Below, piece by piece: positions 55,101 to 64,000 of a stretch of DNA of 64,000 nt. The notes beneath the pieces were generated by a model. That model ran no database searches, was not told where the DNA came from, and saw nothing but the letters and a program-made list of their open reading frames with translations. Both the position numbers and the translations under genes were made by a program. Each line of letters starts with the position of its first letter. Positions within the stretch are counted from its first letter, which is position 1. Origin of the DNA: Guillardia theta CCMP2712 (lineage: Eukaryota; Protista; Cryptophyta); assembly GCF_000315625.1 (NCBI RefSeq), contig NW_005434627.1, positions 397,295 through 461,294 of the forward strand, in the 5' to 3' direction.

Positions 55101-56752
55101 TCCTGATAGTTCGGCGGCTTCCCTGCCTGCTGTCTTTTTCCCCCCTGCTTTGTGCCTGTCGTGTCCTCCCCTCCCGCTCTCTCCCCCTGCCCTCCTCCTT
55201 GCGATGCTGCTGCTTGGCCTTCCCATGCTCATCTGATACTGATCTGCTTGTTCAGATCGTCAACCGCGCACAGAAGGAGGAGAAGATGGAGCAAGCGCTA
55301 GAGAAGATCGAGAACACGTGGAAGACTTTGGAGTTTTTCTTCACCCAGCACAAGGACACGGATATCCAGATGATCAAACTGTCGGAGGAGGACGTTGAGA
55401 CGCTGGAAGACCACCAGGTTCAGGTTCAGAACATGATGGGCAGCAGGTACCTCGCTACCTTCGAGGAGCAGGTCACGGGGTGGCAGAAGAAGCTTTCCTC
55501 CGTCGCTGACGTCGTCGCCATCATGACTGAGATCCAGAGGACCTGGGCGTACCTTGAGACGCTCTTCATCGGCTCTGAAGAAGTTAGGAAGGAGCTGCCG
55601 GAGGACGCGGAGAGGTTTGCCGGCATCGACATCGACGTCAAACAAGTTCTCAAGGACATGTACGCGACCAAGAACGCGGTCAAGGCATGCTCCTCCGATG
55701 GGCTGTACCCCAAGTTGGAGTCTACCCAGTCGAAGCTGGAGATGTGCGAGAAGTCCCTGGCCAACTATCTGGAGCAGAAGAGGAGGATCTTTCCTCGCTT
55801 CTACTTCGTCTCCACGACTGACCTCCTGGACATCCTCAGCAACGGCAACGATCCTTCCAAGGTCAACTTCCACATGAGCAAGATCATCGCTGCTATCGAG
55901 ACTCTCAACCTTGAGAGCGGTATCACCAGCTCCGAGCGGCCGAGCGCGACGGGGTTTGACTCGTGTGTCGGGGTGGAGCATATCGACCTTACCAAGCCGC
56001 TGAAGATCGACGGGAGGGTGGAGAACTACCTGCAGACTATCATTGACAACGTCGTGACATCTCTCAGAGATATTCTCGTCAAGTCGATCGAAGCTTTCTC
56101 TACTACCCCGACTGAAGTTTGGGTGAAGAAAGAACCAAACCAGATTATCTTGACTACCAGCCTTGTGTTCTTCACCAAGAAGATGGAGGAGACGTTCGTT
56201 GATATCAAGAATGGCAACGCCAAGGCCATGGAAGGAATGCTCCAGTTCAAGATCAATGCGCTGACAGAGCTCATCGACTTAGGTGATTGTGATGGTGGCG
56301 GTGGTGGCAGTGGTGATGATGACGACGATGACGATGAAGATGAAGATGATACCTGTTTTGATTGCTTGTTTCCTGCCGCTCAACCTCGTTTCCCATGCCT
56401 AATTCTCCTCTGCTCCGTCCAACCACCATCGACAACCTTTCCTTCATCCTGCTTTTCTGACTTCCTTATCACAGTTCGCACGAACCTCACCAAGGCCGAA
56501 CGTATGAAGATCATGTGCCTCATCACCCTCGACGCTCACTCGCGCGACATCGCGGCGAACTTGGTGGAGGGCAACGTGACTGAAGTGACTCAGTTCGAAT
56601 GGCAAAGTCAGCTCCGCTTCGAGTGGCGATCAGCGGAGAAGGATTGCTTCATCATGATTGTGGACGCTGAGTTCACATACAGGTCTTCTTATCCCTCTGA
56701 TCTTCATTTTAACGTCATTGTCATTGACCACAACAAAAACAACATGAACATG

Positions 56753-56846
<94 letters not shown>

Positions 56847-59800
56847 CCAACACCTCCTCCTCCTCCTCCTCCTCCTCCTCCTCCAACTCCACATCCACCA
56901 ACAACCTCTCACCGTCCTCTCTTCTCATCACGCTTCTCTTCGCAGTTTTGAGTACATCGGCAACGGAGCTCGTCTGGTTATCACCCCCCTCACCGACAGG
57001 ATCTACGTTACAGCCACTCAGGCTCTCAAGCTCTGCATGGGATGCGCCCCGGCAGGACCTGCGGGGACGGGCAAGACGGAGACGACCAAGGATCTCGCTG
57101 CCATGACAGCTGTGTGTATCTATGTGTTCAACTGCGCGCCGGAGATGGACTACAGGACAATGGGAGACATTTGGAAGGGGCTGGGGGCGTCCGGGGCCTG
57201 GGGATGCTTCGATGAGTTCAACAGGCTGATAGCGGAGGTTCTTTCTGTTTGCTCGACCCAGTACAAGTGCGTGCTGGACTCCCTCAAAGCAAACCGCCCC
57301 ACCTTCGTCATCGACGGAGCTGAGCTCAGTCTCACCCGCTCGGTCGGGGCGTACATCACCATGAACCCGGGCTACATTGGCCGCACTCCACTGCCCGAGT
57401 CCCTCAAGGTGCTGTTCCGCCCTGTCACCGTCGTTGTGCCGGACTTTGCGCTGATCTGTGAGAACATGCTCATGGCGGAGGGTTTCACGCAAGCGAAGCT
57501 GCTGGGGACCAAGTTCATCAACCTCTACACGCTCTGCGGGGACTTGCTGAGCAAGGCGAAGCACTACGACTGGGGCCTGAGGGCTATCAAGAGCGTGCTC
57601 AGAGTTGCCGGAGACTTCAAGCGAGCGGAGCCCGAGGTGCCGGAGCTGGCGCTGCTGTTCCGAGCCCTGAGAGACTTCAACCTGCCCAAGATCGTAGGAG
57701 ACGATCTCATCATCTTCATGGGCCTGCTGGGAGATCTTTTCCCCGGCATCGACATCCCCCGTCAGAGGAACTGGGACAACGAGAAAGTCATAGCAGAGGT
57801 CATCACCGAAGCTGGGCTCCAGCCGGACGACGACTTCCAGCTCAAGGTGGTACAGCTCGACGAGCTGCTGGCGATCCGGCACAGCGTCTTCATCATGGGC
57901 TCGTCGGGGACGGGGAAGAGCGAGTGCTGGAAGATCCTGTCAGGAGCCAAGATCAAGCAGGGAAACAAGTGCGTGTGTAGGGATCTTGACCCCAAGGCTA
58001 TCACTACCTACGACTTCTACGGCTACGTCAGCCTGGCGACGAGGGAGTGGAAGGACGGTGTCTTTTCCTGCCTCATGCGCGAGCTCGCCAACGCCCCGGA
58101 CACAAACTCCAAGTGGATCCTCCTGGATGGTGACCTGGACGCGAACTGGATCGAGAGTATGAACTCGGTCATGGACGACAACAAGCTGCTGACCCTCGCG
58201 TCCAACGAGCGCATCCTGCTGAAGCCGCATATGAAGCTTATCTTCGAGATCCGAGATCTCAAATACGCTACCCCCGCCACTGCCTCTCGGGCCGGTATCA
58301 CCTACATCACTGAGAAGAAGAGCCAGTGGTGGAGTTACATCCAGAGTTGGGTCGCCCGGAGAGAAGATGACACGCCTGGTCAGTGTTGTTAGTGGTGTTG
58401 GTGTTGGTGTTGGTGTTGGTGTTGGTGTTGGTGTTGGTGGTGTTGGTGTTGGTGTTGGTGTTGGTGTTGGTGTTGGTGTTGGTGTTGGTGGTGTTGGTGT
58501 TGGTGTTGGTGTTGGTGGTGTTGGTGTTGGTGTTGGTGCTGTTGGTGGTGTAATTGGCAATGTTAATGAGGGTTGGATTTCCTTCTGAGTGTGTTGTGAA
58601 AGAGTTGTTTGTGATGTTTGCTGTGTATGATCTAGTGTTATGAACTAGTATGGCATGCTCGATCTTGTTCTGTCACAAATCTGCTCGTGTAAGAATGCCT
58701 TCGTGACCTGCCAGCTCTGTCGTCATATTTGGTTCTCTGTCAGTGTCGTTTGCTCTCTTTCTCTCTCGCCCCTTCGCTTCTCCCTCATCCTGACTCTTCA
58801 CGGCAGAGAGGAAAGAGTTCCTCCTCTCCCTATTCGAGAAGTACGTCGGCGAGTCGCTGCTGGCCATGAAGATGGAGTTCAAACACATGGCTCCTATCCT
58901 TGATTTCAACCTCGTCCAGTCTCTCTGCAACGTCCTGCAAGGGCTCTACACCCCTGAGAACTGCCCCAAGAACGATCCCAAAGAGCAGCTCACCCTTGAG
59001 ACTTACTTCGTCTTCGCGTGCATATGGGCGTTCGGCTCGGGCTACTCAATAACAGATGGAAACGACTATAGTAAGCGCAGACCTCTTCCATATCTCTTCC
59101 TCCTTCTTGTCCTCCCTTCTTCCTCCTCCCTCTAGCTCTCGCTCTCCCTCCCTCCCCTCTCCTCCCCCTCCGTCTCTCCCCTCTTCTCTATCTGCCTTTC
59201 TCTTCTCGACCCTAATTTCCTCGTTCGCCTCTCCTCCCCCCCCTTCTTGCCTCTCCTCTTTGATCGCCTCCTCCTTTCCCTCTCCTCCTGACTTCTTCCC
59301 AGGAAAGAGCTTCTCCGCATGGTGGAAAGGCAAGTGGACATCGATCAAGATGCCGATGAAGGGAACAGTCTTCGACTTCTTCGTCGACAAGCAGACGCAA
59401 AAGTTCGTCAGCTGGGCCAACGTTGTCCCCGAGATCTCCTACTCCTCCACCACCTCCATGGACTCAGTCACCGTCCCCACGGGCGAGACGACCAGTATCA
59501 CCTTCTACCTCGACCTCCTCGTCGAGCTCCGCAAACCAGCGCTGCTGGTGGGGCTGGCAGGAGCAGGGAAGACCGCGTTGATCAACGGAAAGCTCCGCAC
59601 GCTGCCGGAGGAATACCTTTCCCTGACCATCAACTTCAACTACTACACCGAGTCAGCCGCGTTCCTCTCAGTGATGGAGGGGCAGCTGGAGAAGAAGGCC
59701 GGGAAAAACTACGGGCCCCCGGGCTCTTCCAAGCTCGTCTACTTCGTGGATGACCTCAACATGCCCCAGCTCGACCCCTACGAGACCTCGACAGCGATCA

Positions 59801-62800
59801 GTCTGCTGAGGCAGTACATGGACTACCAGCACTGGTACGACCTGACAAAGCTGCAGATCAAAGTCATCAACAACTGCCAGTTCCTCTGCGCCATGAACCC
59901 GACCTGCGGCTCGTTTGTCATCAACCCTCGTCTGCAGCGTCACTTCATGGTTTTTGCCATCGGGTTCCCCGGCCAGGAGGCCCTTATGACTATCTTCAGC
60001 ACGTTCCTCAACGGTCACGTCAAGGAGTTTGACCCCAAGATCGCCGATACAGTGTTCCAGAACAAGATCATTCAGGCGGCGCTGGAGCTACATACTAAGG
60101 TCAGCTCTCAGTTCAGGAAGACAGCCAACAACTTCCACTACGAGTTCTCGATCCGCCATCTTGCCAACGTGTTCAAGGGCATCCTGATGAGCGAGTCGAC
60201 GTTCTTCACAGAGCCGGCCAAGTTCGCATCTTTGTTCCTTCATGAGGCAGAGAGGGTGTACGGAGACAGGCTGGTGTCGATCAAGGACCTTGAGGCCTAT
60301 CAGAAGATCAGCAAAGACACTGGCAAGAAGTTCTTCAAGGACTTCGACCAGGGCCAGGTGTTCCCTAACCCTCATATCTTCTGCAACTGCTGGAAAGGTG
60401 AGAGATGAGGGAAAGTTTTGTCATGAGATGCTGATAGCATGCGTCTCCTCTCCTCTCCTCTCCTCTCCTCTCCTCTCCTCTCCTCTCCTCTCCTCTCCTG
60501 TCCTGTCCTGTCCTCTCCTCTCCTCGTTCTTCCTCTTGCTTCCAGACTTGGACGAGAAGAGCTATAACCGAGTTGAGACGATGGAGAAGCTCTCAAAGAT
60601 CCTAGGAGATGCTCTCAACAGGTAAGCAAACAGACTACCCCCTCACCTTCTCCTCGTCCTCTCATCAACTCCTTTCTTCTATTCCAACTTCCCCTCTTGG
60701 TCTCAAACCTTCTTTCCTGTCCTATCTCTCTCAACCTTTTGTCTCCTCCTCCCCTCCTCCTTCAGCCTCCTCCTCCTCCTCCTCCTCCTTCTCCTCCTCC
60801 TTCTCCTCCTCCTCCTGTTCTAATTTTCTCTCAGCTACAACGAGACGAACGCAGCCATGAACCTTGTGCTCTTCGACGATGCCATGCGGCACATCTGCCG
60901 TATCTGCCGCATCATCCAGAACGGGCATGCCCTGCTGGTCGGTGTCGGAGGCAGTGGAAAGCAAAGCTTGACCAGGCTGTCATCTTTCATCTGCAACTGC
61001 AGCGTCTCGCAGATCGTGTTGAGCGGGACATACTCCATGTCAGACTTGAAGGAAGATATCAAACAGATGTACATGAAGTCAGGGCTCAAAAACGAGTCCA
61101 TTGTTTTCCTCTTCACTGACAGCCAGATCGCCGACGAGAAATTCCTCGTGTACATGAACGAGCTTCTTTCCTCCGGCAAGATCCCCAACCTCTTTGCCTC
61201 CGACGAGATCGACAGCATCTACGGCTCTGTCAGGAACGAAGGGAAAGGAGAGGGCATCGCTGATACCAAGGATGCGGTGACTTCCTCTTCCTTAGCACTT
61301 CTCCTCCTCCATCACCACCACCACCACCACCACCACCTCCTCCTCCTCCTCCTCCTCCTCCTCCTCCTCCTCCTCCTTTCGTTTCTTTCTTTCCGTCCTC
61401 ATTCACGTTTTATCTTCACTTGCCATCTTCTCTGTACTTCTCTCCTCCTCCTCCTCCTCCTCCTCCTTTTCCTCCTCCTCTCCATTTCTTCCCCTTCTCT
61501 TCCCTTCAGCATCCTCTGACAGTGAGTGCAGATGTATGATTTCTTCATCTCCAAAGTCAAGCGCAACCTTCACGTCTGCCTCTGCTTCTCCCCCGTAGGA
61601 GAAAATTTCCGCAGGAGGGCTTCAAGATTCCCGTCCCTCATTAACTGCACCGTCATCGACTGGTTCCAGCCATGGCCAGGTGCTGCTGAGGCTCTTCCTG
61701 CCTTCTTCCTCCTCCTCCTCCTCCTCCCTCCTCCCTCTTCCTTCTTCCCTCTTCCCTCCTCCCTCCTCCCTGCTCCTCCACTTTCTCATCCTCCTCATTT
61801 TCGTCCTCCTCTTGGAGTGCATCTTCCTTTCGTTTGCTCGTCCTCCCTCCTCCCTCCTCCCTCCTCCCTCCTTCATGACCCTCATGCTGTCCACAGAGAA
61901 CGCTCTCTACGACGTGGCGAAGCGCTTCCTCGGAGAGATCGAGCTGGGAGAGGCAGAGGCGAGGGAGGGGATCATAAAGTTTATGCCCTTCTCCTTCGGG
62001 CGGGTCAACGAGGCCAGCGAAGACTACCTGCACAAGGAGCGGAGGTACAACTACACGACCCCCAAGAGCTTCTTAGAACTCATCTACCTCTACCGCAACA
62101 TGCTCGCCAAGGAGCGCAACACGCTGCAGGCCAACATCGACAGGCTGAGCAACGGGCTCGACAAGCTAGAGAAAACGTCCAAGGACGTGGCGATCTTAGA
62201 GGAAGAGATCAAGGTCAAGTCAGTGGAGGTGGAAGCGGCGAAGGCGAACGCGGATGAGATTGCGGAAAAGGTGGGAGGGGAGAAGTCAAAGGTGGAGGAA
62301 GCCGCTTCTGCCGCCAACGACGAGGCTGCCAAGTGCGCTGTCATTGCAGAGAAGGCCGGTATCATGCAGGTTGACTGCGAGCGCGACCTGGCGGCCGCCA
62401 TTCCTGCGGTAGAGAAGGCGGAGGCAGCGCTGGACACGCTGAACAAGAAGGATCTTGGAGAGCTCAAGTCTCTTGGGAAGCCGCCGCAGGGAGTGGACGA
62501 CGTGACTGCAGCGGTGCTGGCGATGAGGGGGGAGCCGGCGAAGAATCGAGACTGGAACGCGGCGAAGAACATGATGAAGGATGTCAACAAGTTCATCGAC
62601 GAGCTCAAGGGCATCAAGACGATCATTGACAGCAGTCAGATGCCTGCCAAGAATGTGGAGGGAGCAAGGCCGTACCTGGATCTTGAGCACGTGAAGAATG
62701 TTGACATCATGCGCAAGAAGTCCAACGCTGCTGCTGGGCTCTGTGAGTTTCTTCTCAACATCGTCATGTACTACGACATCGTCGTCACCGTCGAGCCGAA

Positions 62801-64000
62801 GCGCCTGGCGCTCAAGACAGCTCAGGACGAGCTGGCGGCTGCCAACACGAAACTGGCGGAGGTGCAGGCGTACGTGAAGGACCTGGAGGAGAAGCTCGCG
62901 ATCCTCGTCGCCGAGTTTGACAAGGTGGTGGCAGAGAAGAACCGAGTGGTGGCGGAGGGCGAGCGGCTGACCAACAAGCTCGGTCTCGCCCAGCGGCTCA
63001 TGGCGGCGCTGGGGTCCGAGCAGGAGAGGTGGAAGGTGAACGTAGCAAAGATGAAGTCAGACTCCGTGTACCTCCCAGGAGACGTTCTGCTCGCTGCCTC
63101 GTTCGTGAGCTACGTCGGATGCTTCAACAAGACGTTCCGTGACCTTCTGATCAACCAGACCATGATACCCTTCATGACCAAGAACGCCATCCCCATGTCC
63201 GACAACGCTGACCCCCTCAAGCTCCTCGCCGACCCGGCGGTCGTGGCCGAGTGGAACTCGCAGGGGCTGCCGGCCGACCGAGTCAGCCTAGAGAACGGCG
63301 TGATTTCTTCCATCTCCGAGCGCTGGCCCCTGATGATCGACCCGCAGCTGCAGGGGATCGTGTGGGTCAAGGAGAAAGAAAGTCAGAACAACCTGCAGCT
63401 CACCAGGCTCAACAACAAGAAGCTGCTCAACGTGATGGAGCAGGCGCTGGAGCAGGGCTGGAGCGTCATGATCGAAAACCTCCAGGAGTCGCTGGACGCC
63501 GTGCTGGCTCCCATCATTGGAAGGCAGAAGATCAAGAAAGGAAGGAACTTCTTCGTCAAGGTCGGGGACAAGGAGGTAGAGTACCATCCCAAGTTCAAGC
63601 TCTACCTGCACACGAAGCTCGCCAACCCTCACTACCCTCCCGAGGTCCAGGCAGAGTGCACGCTCATCAACTTCATGGTGACGGAGGACGGACTGGAGGA
63701 CCAGCTGCTCGCCAAGGTCGTGTCCAAGGAGAGGCCGGACCTGGAGGAGGAGAAGAGCTTTCTGATCCAGCAGCAGAACGAGTTCAAGATCAAGCTCAAG
63801 GAGCTTGAGGACGGGCTGCTGAAGCAGCTGGCAGAGGCGGAGGGAGACATTACTGAGAACATCGAGCTCATCGAGTCGCTAGAGGATGCCAAGAGGCTCA
63901 GCACAGACATTAACGAGAAGGTGATCATAGCGCAGGAGACCGAGGTCAAGATTAACGAGGCAAGGGAGGAGTACCGCGGGGTAGCCAACAGGGGAGCCCT
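49136..64000 (+). CDS. ODA11: Flagellar outer-arm dynein alpha heavy chain (kelch repeats + IPT/TIG + filamin-like Ig + dynein tail/motor); continues past window
   Basis: Kelch repeats (PTRSGHTL..ILFGG, GRWRHTA..VFGG, PRAHHSA..VFGG), IPT (IYSLIPSEGPLTGHTPIKIVGEDF) and filamin-like (CIAFGPGL..FKVQAKD..IRGSPW) domains. Tail motifs MRPRHW and FPRFYFVS. AAA1 GPAGTGKT/CFDEFNR, AAA2 GSSGTGKS, AAA3 GLAGAGKT, AAA4 GVGGSGKQ, stalk ELKSLGKPP, AAA5 RWPLMIDPQLQG. Confidence 0.95.
50638..50832. repeat. (TCCTTGC)n heptamer microsatellite, ~27 units, dynein intron
   Basis: Seen directly. Confidence 0.95.
56753..56844. repeat. (CAT)n microsatellite, dynein intron
   Basis: Seen directly. Similar tracts occur at ~36078-36135 and 36570-36630. 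Confidence 0.95.
58392..58550. repeat. (GGTGTT)n hexamer microsatellite, dynein intron
   Basis: Seen directly. Confidence 0.95.

Noticed and set aside
58392-58550. (GGTGTT)n or TACCCC tracts as interstitial telomere
   Set aside because: The hexamer lies within a dynein intron among other simple repeats, and the TACCCC words are dispersed rather than tandem.
55298-63988. Long minus-strand ORFs opposite dynein (e.g. 56704-57882, 55298-55981)
   Set aside because: Antisense shadows of GC3-rich coding exons, with no domain motifs.

Overview
Gene-dense, intron-rich eukaryotic nuclear DNA with five assembly gaps. The source is inferred to be a flagellated alga with a complex red-derived plastid, most likely a cryptophyte such as Guillardia. 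This rests on ~45-55 nt introns mixed with microsatellite-filled long introns, an 'ASAAAF' bipartite plastid presequence and an RWP-RK cluster. Most ORFs in the supplied track are low-complexity intron or antisense artefacts. I reconstructed about 16 genes by hand, in this order: LSD1-ZnF/CUE/U-box E3 ligase (-, truncated), signal-peptide + RLRGG coiled-coil protein (+), SPEF2/CPC1 (-), intronless sulfotransferase (+), hypothetical (-), bHLH-PAS transcription factor (+), alpha/beta hydrolase (-), hypothetical (+), JMJD4 (-), small plastid-targeted orphan (+), HugZ/HOZ-like DUF2470 protein (-), GDT1/TMEM165 (+), three RWP-RK genes (-,-,+), and the kelch-bearing outer-arm dynein alpha heavy chain (+, truncated). 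The main non-genic structures are: (1) the first 13 genes strictly alternate strand, forming tight convergent pairs separated by long divergent spacers that carry TACCCC/GGGGTA tracts and/or palindrome-dense CCGG islands; (2) a Harbinger-type MITE with perfect TIRs and TSD sits inside one such island; (3) a probable solo LTR is nested in the terminal repeat of a second MITE. Exon boundaries are manual inferences and no database searches were run.
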